NCBI GenBank assembly: GCA_964016885.1 | Contig: OZ024744.1 | Span: forward strand, 121,086,001 to 121,150,000 | Direction of reading: 5' to 3' | Length of the DNA: 64,000 nt | DNA from: Eledone cirrhosa | Lineage: Eukaryota | Shown: positions 27,701 through 40,439 of the stretch, in pieces | How positions within the stretch are numbered: the stretch's first letter is position 1 | Layout: each line of letters begins with the position of its first letter | Notes under the pieces: model-generated | What the model saw: the letters and a program-made list of their open reading frames with translations, nothing else | Database searches by the model: none | Told to the model about the DNA's origin: nothing | Made by a program: the position numbers and the translations under genes

Positions 27701-29738
27701 GGAAGTATGAAAGTGACAGGGTGAGAGGAATAGAGGTAGTGATGGATGTTGTGAAGAGAAATAGTGTGAGATGGTTGGGTCATGTGTTGAGGAAGTATGA
27801 ATGTGACTGGGTGAGAGGAATAGAGGTAGTTATGGATGTTGTGAAGAGAGATAGTGTGAGATGGTTGGGTCATGTGTTGAGGAAGGATAAAAGTGACTGG
27901 GTGAGAGGAATAGAGGTAGTGGTGGATGTTGTGAAGAGAGATAGTGTGAGATGGTTGGGTCATGTGTTGAGGAAGGATAAAAGTGACTGGGTGAGAAGAA
28001 TAGAGGTAGTGACGGATGTTGTGAAGAGAGATAGTGTGAGATGGTTGGGTTATGTGTTGAGGAAGGATAAAAGTGAGTCGTCGAGAGGAATAGAGGTAGT
28101 GATGGATGTTGTGAAGTGAGATAGTGTGAGATGGTTGGGTCATGTGTTGAGGAAGGATAAAAGTGACTGGGTGAGAGGAATAGAGGTAGTGATGGATGTT
28201 GCGAAGAGAGATAGTGTGAGATGGTTGGGTCATGTGTTGAGGAAGGATAAAAGTGACTGGGTGAGAGGAATAGAGGTAGTGATGGATGTTGTGAAGAGAG
28301 ATAGTGTGAGATGGTTAGCTCATGTGTTGAGGAAGGATAAAAGTGACTGGGTGAGAGGAATAGAGGTTGTGATGGATGTTGTGAAGAGAGATAGTGTGAG
28401 ATGGTTGGGTCATGTGTTGAGGAAGTATAAAAGTGACTGGGTGAGAGGAATAGAGGTAGTGATGGATGTTGTGAGGAGAGATAGTGTGAGATGGTTGGGT
28501 CATGTGTTGAGGAAGTGTGAAAGTGACTGGGTGAGAGGAATAGAGGTAGAGTTGGATGTTGTGAAGAGAGATAGTGTGAGAAGGTTGTGTCATGTGTTGA
28601 GGAAGTATGAAAGTGACTGGGTGAGAGGAATAGAGGTAGTGATGGATGTTGTGAAGAGAGATAGTGTGAGATGGTTGGGTCATGTGTTGAGGAGGGATAA
28701 AATTGATTGTGTGAGAGGAATAGAGGTAGTGATGGATGTTGTGAAGAGAGATAGTGTGAGATGGTTGGGTCATGTGTTGAGGAAGGATAAAAGTGACTGG
28801 GTGAGAGGAATAGAGGTAGTGATGCATGTGGTGAAGAGAGATAGTGTGAGATGGTTGGGTCATGTGTTGAGGAAGGATAAAAGTGACTGGGTGAGAGGAA
28901 TAGAGGTAGTGATGGATGTTGTGAAGAGAGATATGTGAGATGGTTGGGTCATGTGTTGAGGAAGGATAAAAGCGACTGGGTGAGAGGAATAGAGGTAGTG
29001 ACGAATGTTGTGAAGATAGATATTGTGAGATGGTTGGGTCATGTGTTGAGGAAGGATAAAAGTGACTCGGTGAGAGGAATAGAGGTAGTGATGGATGTTG
29101 TGAAGAGAGATAGTGTGAGATGGTTGGGTCATGTGTTGAGGAAGGATAAAAGTGACTGGGTGAGAGGAATAGAGGTAGTGATGGATGTTGTGAAGAGAGA
29201 TAGTGAGATGGTTGGGTCATGTGTTGAGGAAGGATACAAGTGACTGGGTGAGAGGAATAGAGGTAGTGATGGATGTTGTGAAGAGAGATATGTGAGATGG
29301 TTGGGTCATGTGTTGAGGAAGGATAAAAGTGACTGGGTGAGAGGAATAGAGGTAGTGACGGATGTTGTGAAGAGAGATAGTGTGAGATGGTTGGGTCATG
29401 TGTTGAGGAAGGATAAAAGTGACTGGGTGAGAGAAATAGAGGTAGTGATGGATGTTGCGAAGAGAGATAGTGTGAGATGGTTGGGTCATGTGTTGAGGAA
29501 GGATAAAAGTGACTGGGTGAGAGGAATCAGAGGTAGTGATGGATGTTGCGAAGAGAGATAGTGTGAGATGGTTGGGTCATGTGTTGAGGAAGGATAAAAG
29601 TGACTGGGTGAGAGGAATCAGAGGTAGTGATGGATGTTGTGAAGAGAGATAGTGTGAGATGGTTGGGTCATGTGTTGAGGAAGGATAAAAGTGACTGGGT
29701 GAGAGGAATCAGAGGTAGTGATGGATGTTGTGAAGAGA
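21776..29738 (+). repeat. Near-identical duplicated block of about 3.4 kb (about 21776-25148 and 26366-29738), offset 4590 bp (51 monomers)
   Basis: Identical ORF translations at 22069/26659, 23536/28126, 24345/28935, 24702/29292. Shared private variants: GTGAAGTGAG at 23521/28111 and GATAGATATT at about 24425/29015. Confidence 0.9.
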
Positions 29739-31339
29739 GATAGTGTGAGATGGTTGGGTCATGTGTTGAGGAAGGATAAAAGTGACTGGGTGAGAGGAAT
29801 CAGAGGTAGTGATGGATGTTGTGAAGAGAAATAGTGTGAGATGGTTGGGTCATGTGTTGAGGAAGGATAAAAGTGACTGGGTAAGAGGAATAGATGTAGT
29901 GATGCATGTTGAGAAAAGAGATAATGTGAGTTGGTTGGGTCATTTGTTGAGGAAGTATGAAAGTGACGGGCTGCGAGGAATAGAGGTAGTGATAGATGTT
30001 GTGAAGAGAGATAGTGTGAGATGGTTGGGTCATGTGTTGAGGAAGTATGAAAGTGACTGGGTGAGAGGAATAGAGGTAGAGATGGATGTTGTGAAGAGAC
30101 ATAGTCTGAGATGGTTGGGTCATGTGTTGAGGAAGTATGAAAGTGACAGGGTGAGAGGAATAGAGGTAGTGATGGATGTTGTGAAGAGAAATAGTGTGAG
30201 ATGGTTGGGTCATGTGTTGAGGAAGGATAAAAGTGAGTCGTCGAGAGGAATAGAGGTAGTGATGGATGTTGTGAAGAGAGATAGTGTGAGATGGTTGGGT
30301 CATGTGTTGAGGAAGGATAAAAGTGACTGGGTGAGATGAATAGAGGTAGTGATGGATGTCGTGAAGAGAGATAGTGAGATGGTTGGGTCATGTGTTGAGG
30401 AAGGATACAAGTGACTGGGTGAGAGGAATAGAGGTAGTGATGGATGTTGTGAAGAGAGATATGTGAGATGGTTGGGTCATGTGTTGAGGAAGGATAAAAG
30501 TGACTGGGTGAGAGGAATAGAGGTAGTGACGGATGTTGTGAAGAGAGATAGTGTGAGATGGTTGGGTCATGTGTTGAGGAAGGATAAAAGTGACTGGGTG
30601 AGAGAAATAGATGTAGTGATGGATGTTGCGAAGAGAGATAGTGTGAGATGGTTGGGTCATGTGTTGAGGAAGGATAAAAGTGACTGGGTGAGAGGAATCA
30701 GAGGTAGTGATGGATGTTGCGAAGAGAGATAGTGTGAGATGGTTGGGTCATGTGTTGAGGAAGGATAAAAGTGACTGGGTGAGAGGAATCAGAGGTAGTG
30801 ATGGATGTTGTGAAGAGAGATAGTGTGAGATGGTTGGGTCATGTGTTGAGGAAGGATAAAAGTGACTGGGTGAGAGGAATCAGAGGTTGTGATGGATGTT
30901 GTGAAGAGAAATAGTGTGAGATGGTTGGGTCATGTGTTGAGGAAGGATAAAAGTGACTGGGTAAGAGGAATAGATGTAGTGATGCATGTTGAGAAAAGAG
31001 ATAATGTGAGTTGGTTGGGTCATTTGTTGAGGAAGTATGAAAGTGACGGGCTGAGAGGAATAGCGGTAGTGATAGATGTTGTGAAGAGAGATAGTGTGAG
31101 ATGGTTGGGTCATGTGTTGAGGAAGTATGAAAGTGACTGGGTGAGAGGAATAGAGGTAGAGATGGATGTTGTGAAGAGACATAGTCTGAGATGGTTGGGT
31201 CATGTGTTGAGGAAGTATGAAAGTGACAGGGTGAGAGGAATAGAGGTAGTGATGGATGTTGTGAAGAGAAATAGTGTGAGATGGTTGGGTCATGTGTTGA
31301 GGAAGTATGAATGTGACTGGGTGAGAGGAATAGAGGTAG

Positions 31340-34300
31340 TTATGGATGTTGTGAAGAGAGATAGTGTGAGATGGTTGGGTCATGTGTTGAGGAAGGATAA
31401 AAGTGACTGGGTGAGAAGAATAGAGGTAGTGACGGATGTTGTGAAGAGAGATAGTGTGAGATGGTTGGGTTATGTGTTGAGGAAGGATAAAAGTGAGTCG
31501 TCGAGAGGAATAGAGGTAGTGATGGATGTTGTGAAGAGAGATAGTGTGAGATGGTTGGGTCATGTGTTGAGGAAGGATAAAAGTGACTGGGTGAGAGGAA
31601 TAGAGGTAGTGATGGATGTTGCGAAGAGAGAGAGTGTGAGATGGTTGGGTCATGTGTTGAGGAAGGATAAAAGTGACTGGGTGAGAGGAATAGAGGTAGT
31701 GATGGATGTTGTGAAGAGAGATAGTGTGAGATGGTTAGCTCATGTGTTGAGGAAGGATAAAAGTGACTGGGTGAGAGGAATAGAGGTTGTGATGGATGTT
31801 GTGAAGAGAGATAGTGTGAGATGGTTGGGTCATGTGTTGAGGAAGTATAAAAGTGACTGGGTGAGAGGAATAGAGGTAGTGATGGATGTTGTGAGGAGAG
31901 ATAGTGTGAGATGGTTGGGTCATGTGTTGAGGAAGTGTGAAAGTGACTGGGTGAGAGGAATAGAGGTAGAGTTGGATGTTGTGAAGAGAGATAGTGTGAG
32001 AAGGTTGTGTCATGTGTTGAGGAAGTATGAAAGTGACTGGGTGAGAGGAATAGAGGTAGTGATGGATGTTGTGAAGAGAGATAGTGTGAGATGGTTGGGT
32101 CATGTGTTGAGGAGGGATAAAATTGATTGTGTGAGAGGAATAGAGGTAGTGATGGATGTTGTGAAGAGAGATAGTGTGAGATGGTTGGGTCATGTGTTGA
32201 GGAAGGATAAAAGTGACTGGGTGAGAGGAATAGAGGTAGTGATGCATGTGGTGAAGAGAGATAGTGTGAGATGGTTGGGTCATGTGTTGAGGAAGGATAA
32301 AAGCGACTGGGTGAGAGGAATAGAGGTAGTGACGAATGTTGTGAAGATAGATAGTGTGAGATGGTTGGGTCATGTGTTGAGGAAGGATAAAAGTGACTCG
32401 GTGAGAGGAATAGAGGTAGTGATGGATGTTGTGAAGAGAGATAGTGTGAGATGGTTGGGTCATGTGTTGAGGAAGGATAAAAGTGACTGGGTGAGAGGAA
32501 TAGAGGTAGTGATGGATGTTGTGAAGAGAGATAGTGAGATGGTTGGGTCATGTGTTGAGGAAGGATACAAGTGACTGGGTGAGAGGAATAGAGGTAGTGA
32601 TGGATGTTGTGAAGAGAGATATGTGAGATGGTTGGGTCATGTGTTGAGGAAGGATAAAAGTGACTGGGTGAGAGGAATAGAGGTAGTGACGGATGTTGTG
32701 AAGAGAGATAGTGTGAGATGGTTGGGTCATGTGTTGAGGAAGGATAAAAGTGACTGGGTGAGAGAAATAGAGGTAGTGATGGATGTTGCGAAGAGAGATA
32801 GTGTGAGATGGTTGGGTCATGTGTTGAGGAAGGATAAAAGTGACTGGGTGAGAGGAATCAGAGGTAGTGATGGATGTTGCGAAGAGAGATAGTGTGAGAT
32901 GGTTGGGTCATGTGTTGAGGAAGGATAAAAGTGACTGGGTGAGAGGAATCAGAGGTAGTGATGGATGTTGTGAAGAGAGATAGTGTGAGATGGTTGGGTC
33001 ATGTGTTGAGGAAGGATAAAAGTGACTGGGTGAGAGGAATCAGAGGTAGTGATGGATGTTGTGAAGAGAAATAGTGTGAGATGGTTGGGTCATGTGTTGA
33101 GGAAGGATAAAAGTGACTGGGTAAGAGGAATAGATGTAGTGATGCATGTTGAGAAAAGAGATAATGTGAGTTGGTTGGGTCATTTGTTGAGGAAGTATGA
33201 AAGTGACGGGCTGCGAGGAATAGAGGTAGTGATAGATGTTGTGAAGAGAGATAGTGTGAGATGGTTGGGTCATGTGTTGAGGAAGTATGAAAGTGACTGG
33301 GTGAGAGGAATAGAGGTAGAGATGGATGTTGTGAAGAGACATAGTCTGAGATGGTTGGGTCATGTGTTGAGGAAGTATGAAAGTGACAGGGTGAGAGGAA
33401 TAGAGGTAGTGATGGATGTTGTGAAGAGAAATAGTGTGAGATGGTTGGGTCATGTGTTGAGGAAGTATGAATGTGACTGGGTGAGAGGAATAGAGGTAGT
33501 TATGGATGTTGTGAAGAGAGATAGTGTGAGATGGTTGGGTCATGTGTTGAGGAAGGATAAAAGTGACTGGGTGAGAGGAATAGAGGTAGTGGTGGATGTT
33601 GTGAAGAGAGATAGTGTGAGATGGTTGGGTCATGTGTTGAGGAAGGATAAAAGTGACTGGGTGAGAAGAATAGAGGTAGTGACGGATGTTGTGAAGAGAG
33701 ATAGTGTGAGATGGTTGGGTTATGTGTTGAGGAAGGATAAAAGTGAGTCGTCGAGAGGAATAGAGGTAGTGATGGATGTTATGAAGAGAGATAGTGTGAG
33801 ATGGTTGGGTCATGTGTTGAGGAAGGATAAAAGTGACTGGGTGAGAGGAATAGAGGTAGTGATGGATGTTGTGAAGAGAGATAGTGTGAGATGGTTGGGT
33901 CATGTGTTGAGGAAGGATAAAAGTGACTGGGTGAGAGGAATAGATGTAGTGATGCATGTTGAGAAAAGAGATAATGTGAGTTGGTTGGGTCATTTGTTGA
34001 GGAAGTATGAAAGTGACGGGCTGAGAGGAATAGCGGTAGTGATAGATGTTGTGAAGAGAGATAGTGTGAGATGGTTGGGTCATGTGTTGAGGAAGTATGA
34101 AAGTGACTGGGTGAGAGGAATAGAGGTAGAGATGGATGTTGTGAAGAGACATAGTCTGAGATGGTTGGGTCATGTGTTGAGGAAGTATGAAAGTGACAGG
34201 GTGAGAGGAATAGAGGTAGTGATGGATGTTGTGAAGAGAAATAGTGTGAGATGGTTGGGTCATGTGTTGAGGAAGTATGAATGTGACTGGGTGAGAGGAA

Positions 34301-36950
34301 TAGAGGTAGTTATGGATGTTGTGAAGAGAGATAGTGTGAGATGGTTGGGTCATGTGTTGAGGAAGGATAAAAGTGACTGGGTGAGAGGAATAGAGGTAGT
34401 GGTGGATGTTGTGAAGAGAGATAGTGTGAGATGGTTGGGTCATGTGTTGAGGAAGGATAAAAGTGACTGGGTGAGAAGAATAGAGGTAGTGACGGATGTT
34501 GTGAAGAGAGATAGTGTGAGATGGTTGGGTTATGTGTTGAGGAAGGATAAAAGTGAGTCGTCGAGAGGAATAGAGGTAGTGATGGATGTTGTGAAGAGAG
34601 ATAGTGTGAGATGGTTGGGTCATGTGTTGAGGAAGGATAAAAGTGACTGGGTGAGAGGAATAGAGGTAGTGATGGATGTTGCGAAGAGAGAGAGTGTGAG
34701 ATGGTTGGGTCATGTGTTGAGGAAGGATAAAAGTGACTGGGTGAGAGGAATAGAGGTAGTGATGGATGTTGTGAAGAGAGATAGTGTGAGATGGTTAGCT
34801 CATGTGTTGAGGAAGGATAAAAATGACTGGGTGAGAGGAATAGAGGTTGTGATGGATGTTGTGAAGAGAGATAGTGTGAGATGGTTGGGTCATGTGTTGA
34901 GGAAGTATAAAAGTGACTGGGTGAGAGGAATAGAGGTAGTGATGGATGTTGTGAGGAGAGATAGTGTGAGATGGTTGGGTCATGTGTTGAGGAAGTGTGA
35001 AAGTGACTGGGTGAGAGGAATAGAGGTAGAGTTGGATGTTGTGAAGAGAGATAGTGTGAGAAGGTTGTGTCATGTGTTGAGGAAGTATGAAAGTGACTGG
35101 GTGAGAGGAATAGAGGTAGTGATGGATGTTGTGAAGAGAGATAGTGTGAGATGGTTGGGTCATGTGTTGAGGAGGGATAAAATTGATTGTGTGAGAGGAA
35201 TAGAGGTAGTGATGGATGTTGTGAAGAGAGATAGTGTGAGATGGTTGGGTCATGTGTTGAGGAAGGATAAAAGTGACTGGGTGAGAGGAATAGAGGTAGT
35301 GATGCATGTGGTGAAGAGAGATAGTGTGAGATGGTTGGGTCATGTGTTGAGGAAGGATAAAAGCGACTGGGTGAGAGGAATAGAGGTAGTGACGAATGTT
35401 GTGAAGATAGATAGTGTGAGATGGTTGGGTCATGTGTTGAGGAAGGATAAAAGTGACTCGGTGAGAGGAATAGAGGTAGTGATGGATGTTGTGAAGAGAG
35501 ATAGTGTGAGATGGTTGGGTCATGTGTTGAGGAAGGATAAAAGTGACTGGGTGAGAGGAATAGAGGTAGTGATGGATGTTGTGAAGAGAGATAGTGAGAT
35601 GGTTGGGTCATGTGTTGAGGAAGGATACAAGTGACTGGGTGAGAGGAATAGAGGTAGTGATGGATGTTGTGAAGAGAGATATGTGAGATGGTTGGGTCAT
35701 GTGTTGAGGAAGGATAAAAGTGACTGGGTGAGAGGAATAGAGGTAGTGACGGATGTTGTGAAGAGAGATAGTGTGAGATGGTTGGGTCATGTGTTGAGGA
35801 AGGATAAAAGTGACTGGGTGAGAGAAATAGAGGTAGTGATGGATGTTGCGAAGAGAGATAGTGTGAGATGGTTGGGTCATGTGTTGAGGAAGGATAAAAG
35901 TGACTGGGTGAGAGGAATCAGAGGTAGTGATGGATGTTGCGAAGAGAGATAGTGTGAGATGGTTGGGTCATGTGTTGAGGAAGGATAAAAGTGACTGGGT
36001 GAGAGGAATCAGAGGTAGTGATGGATGTTGTGAAGAGAGATAGTGTGAGATGGTTGGGTCATGTGTTGAGGAAGGATAAAAGTGACTGGGTGAGAGGAAT
36101 CAGAGGTAGTGATGGATGTTGTGAAGAGAAATAGTGTGAGATGGTTGGGTCATGTGTTGAGGAAGGATAAAAGTGACTGGGTAAGAGGAATAGATGTAGT
36201 GATGCATGTTGAGAAAAGAGATAATGTGAGTTGGTTGGGTCATTTGTTGAGGAAGTATGAAAGTGACGGGCTGCGAGGAATAGAGGTAGTGATAGATGTT
36301 GTGAAGAGAGATAGTGTGAGATGGTTGGGTCATGTGTTGAGGAAGTATGAAAGTGACTGGGTGAGAGGAATAGAGGTAGAGATGGATGTTGTGAAGAGAC
36401 ATAGTCTGAGATGGTTGGGTCATGTGTTGAGGAAGTATGAAAGTGACAGGGTGAGAGGAATAGAGGTAGTGATGGATGTTGTGAAGAGAAATAGTGTGAG
36501 ATGGTTGGGTCATGTGTTGAGGAAGTATGAATGTGACTGGGTGAGAGGAATAGAGGTAGTTATGGATGTTGTGAAGAGAGATAGTGTGAGATGGTTGGGT
36601 CATGTGTTGAGGAAGGATAAAAGTGACTGGGTGAGAGGAATAGAGGTAGTGGTGGATGTTGTGAAGAGAGATAGTGTGAGATGGTTGGGTCATGTGTTGA
36701 GGAAGGATAAAAGTGACTGGGTGAGAAGAATAGAGGTAGTGACGGATGTTGTGAAGAGAGATAGTGTGAGATGGTTGGGTTATGTGTTGAGGAAGGATAA
36801 AAGTGAGTCGTCGAGAGGAATAGAGGTAGTGATGGATGTTATGAAGAGAGATAGTGTGAGATGGTTGGGTCATGTGTTGAGGAAGGATAAAAGTGACTGG
36901 GTGAGAGGAATAGAGGTAGTGATGGATGTTGCGAAGAGAGATAGTGTGAG
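31340..36950 (+). repeat. Duplicated block, offset 3060 bp (34 monomers)
   Basis: ORF pairs 31735/34795, 32548/35608, 32623/35683, 33049/36109. Shared private variants GCGAAGAGAGAGAGT (31621/34681) and GTTATGAAG (33778/36838). Confidence 0.85.
33049..35634 (+). other. Longest open frame (861 codons) made of about 28 monomers; most likely not a gene
   Basis: Consists purely of the 30-aa repeat and is bounded by array indels (a +1 C at 33041 and a 2-bp deletion near 35596). There is no unique N- or C-terminus. Confidence 0.6.
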
Positions 36951-39900
36951 ATGGTTGGGTCATGTGTTGAGGAAGGATAAAAGTGACTGGGTGAGAGGAA
37001 TAGAGGTAGTGATTGATGTTGTGAAGAGAGATAGTGTGAGATGGTTAGCTCATGTGTTGAGGAAGGATAAAAGTGACTGGGTGAGAGGAATAGAGGTTGT
37101 GATGGATGTTGTGAAGAGAGATAGTGTGAGATGGTTGGGTCATGTGTTGAGGAAGTATAAAAGTGACTGGGTGAGAGGAATAGAGGTAGTGATGGATGTT
37201 GTGAGGAGAGATAGTGTGAGATGGTTGGGTCATGTGTTGAGGAAGTGTGAAAGTGACTGTGTGAGAGGAATAGAGGTAGAGTTGGATGTTGTGAAGAGAG
37301 ATAGTGTGAGAAGGTTGGGTCATGTGTTGAGGAAGTATGAAAGTGACTGGTTGAGAGGAATAGAGGTAGTGATGGATGTTGTGAAGAGAGATAGTGTGAG
37401 ATGGTTGGGTCATGTGTTGAGGAGGGATAAAATTGATTGTGTGAGAGGAATAGAAGTAGTGATGGATGTTGTGAAGAGAGATAGTGTGAGATGGTTGGGT
37501 CATGTGTTGAGGAAGGATAAAAGTGACTGGGTGAGAGGAATAGAGGTAGTGACGAATGTTGTGAAGAGAGATAGTGTGAGATGGTTGGGTCATGTGTTGA
37601 GGAAGGATAAAAGTGACTCGGTGAGAGGAATAGAGGTAGTGATGGATGTTGTGAAGAGAGATAGTGTGAGATGGTTGGGTCATGTGTTGAGGAAGGATAA
37701 AAGTGACATGGTGAGAGGAATAGAGGTAGTGATGGATGTTGTGAAGAGAGATAGTGAGATGGTTGGGTCATGTGTTGAAGAAGGATACAAGTGACTGGGT
37801 GAGAGGAATAGAGGTAGTGATGGATGTTGTGAAGAGAGATATGTGAGATGGTTGGGTCATGTGTTGAGGAAGGATAAAAGTGACTGGGTGAGAGGAATAG
37901 AGGTAGTGACGGATGTTGTGAAGAGAGATAGTGTGAGATGGTTGGGCCATGTGTTGAGGAAGGATAAAAGTGACTCGGTGAGAGGAATAGAGGTAGTGAT
38001 GGATGTTGTGAAGAGAGATAGTGTGAGATGGTTGGGTCATGTGTTGAGGAAGGATAAAAGTGACTGGGTGAGAAGAATAGAGGTAGTGACGGATGTTGTG
38101 AAGAGAGATAGTGTGAGATGGTTGGGTCATGTGTTGAGGAAGGATAAAAGTGACTGGGTGAGAGGAATAGAGGTAGTGATGGATGTTGTGAAGAGAGATA
38201 GTGTGAGATGGTTGGGTCATGTGTTGAGGAAGGATAAAAGTGAGTCGTCGAGAGGAATAGAGGTAGTGATGGATGTTGTGAAGAGAGATAGTGTGAGTTG
38301 GTTGGGTCATGTGTTGAGGAAGGATAAAAGTGAGTCGTCGAGAGGAATAGAGGTAGTGATGGATGTTGTGAAGAGAGATAGTGTGAGATGGTTGGGTCAT
38401 GTGTTGAGGGAGGATAAAAGTGACTGGGTGAGAGGAATAGAGGTAGTGATGGATGTTGCGAAGAGCGATAGTGTGAGATGGTTGGGTCATGTGTTGAGGA
38501 AGGATAAAAGTGACTGGGTGAGAGGAATAGAGGTAGTGATGGATGTTGTGAAGAGAGATAGTGTGAGATGGTTAGCTCATGTGTTGAGGAAGGATAAAAG
38601 TGACTGGGTGAGAGGAATAGAGGTTGTGATGGACGTTGTGAAGAGAGATAGTGTGAGATGGTTGGGTCATGTGTTGAGGAAGTATAAAAGTGACTGGGTG
38701 AGAGGAATAGAGGTAGAGATGGATGTTGTGAAGAGAGATAGTGTGAGAAGGTTGGGTCATGTGTTGAGGAAGTATGAAAGTGACTGGGTGAGAGGAATAG
38801 AGGTAGTGATGGATGTTGTGAAGAGAGATAGTGTGAGATGGTTGGGTCATGTGTTGAGGAGGGATAAAATTGATTGTGTGAGAGGAATAGAGGTAGTGAT
38901 GGATGTTGTGAAGAGAGATAGTGTGAGATGGTTGGGTCATGTGTTGAGGAAGGATAAAAGTGACTGGGTGAGAGGAATAGAGGTAGTGATGCATGTGGTG
39001 AAGAGAGATAGTGTGAGATGGTTGGGTCATGTGTTGAGGAAGGATAAAAGTGACTGGGTGAGAGGAATAGAGGTAGTGATGGATGTTGTGAAGAGAGATA
39101 TGTGAGATGGTTGGGTCATGTGTTGAGGAAGGATAAAAGTGACTGGGTGAGAGGAATAGAAGTAGTGAAGGATGCTGTGAAGAGGGATAGTGTGAGATGG
39201 TTGGGTTATGTGTTGAGGAAGGATGAACGTAACTGGGTGAGAGGAATAGAGGTAGTGATGGATGTTGTGAAGAGAGATAGTGTGAGATGGTTAGGTCATG
39301 TGTTGAGGGAGGATAAAAGTGACTGGGTGAGATGAATAGAGGTAGTGATGGATGTTGTGAAGAGAGATAGTGTGAGATGGTTGGGTCATGTGTTGAGGAA
39401 GGATAAAAGTGACTGGGTGAGAGAAATAGAGGTAGTGATGGATGTTGCGAAGAGAGATAGTGTGAGATGGTTGGGTCATGTGTTGAGTAAGGATAAAAGT
39501 GACTGGGTGAGAGGAATCAGCGGTAGTGATGGATGTTGTGAAGAGAAGTAGTGTGAGATGGTGGGGTCATGTGTTGAGGAAGGATAAAAGTGACTGGGTA
39601 AGAGGAATAGATGTAGTGATGCATGTTGAGAAAAGAGATAATGTGAGTTGGTTGGGTCATTTGTTGAGGAAGTATGAAAGTGACGGGCTGAGAGGAATAG
39701 CGGTAGTGATAGATGTTGTGAAGAGAGATAGTGTGAGATGGTTGGGTCATGTGTTGAGGAAGTATGAAAGTGACTGGGTGAGAGGAATAGAGGTAGAGAT
39801 GGATGTTGTGAAGAGACATATTCTGAGATGGTTGGGTCATGTGTTGAGGAAGTATGAAAGTGACAGGGTGAGAGGAATAGAGGTAGTGATGGATGTTGTG

Positions 39901-40439
39901 AAGAGAAATAGTGTGAGATGGTTGGGTCATGTGTTGAGGAAGTATGAATGTGACTGGGTGAGAGGAATAGAGGTAGTTATGGATGTTGTGAAGAGAGATA
40001 GTGTGAGATGGTTGGGTCATGTGTTGAGGAAGGATAAAAGTGACTGGGTGAGAGGAATAGAGGTAGTGGTGGATGTTGTGAAGAGAGATAGTGTGAGATG
40101 GTTGGGTCATGTGTTGAGGAAGGATAAAAGTGACTGGGTGAGAAGAATAGAGGTAGTGACGGATGTTGTGAAGAGAGATAGTGTGAGATGGTTGGGTTAT
40201 GTGTTGAGGAAGGATAAAAGTGAGTCGTCGAGAGGAATAGAGGTAGTGATGGATGTTGTGAAGAGAGATAGTGTGAGATGGTTGGGTCATGTGTTGAGGA
40301 AGGATAAAAGTGACTGGGTGAGAGGAATAGAGGTAGTGATGGATGTTGCGAAGAGAGATAGTGTGAGATGGTTGGGTCATGTGTTGAGGAAGGATAAAAG
40401 TGACTGGGTGAGAGGAATAGAGGTAGTGATGGATGTTGT

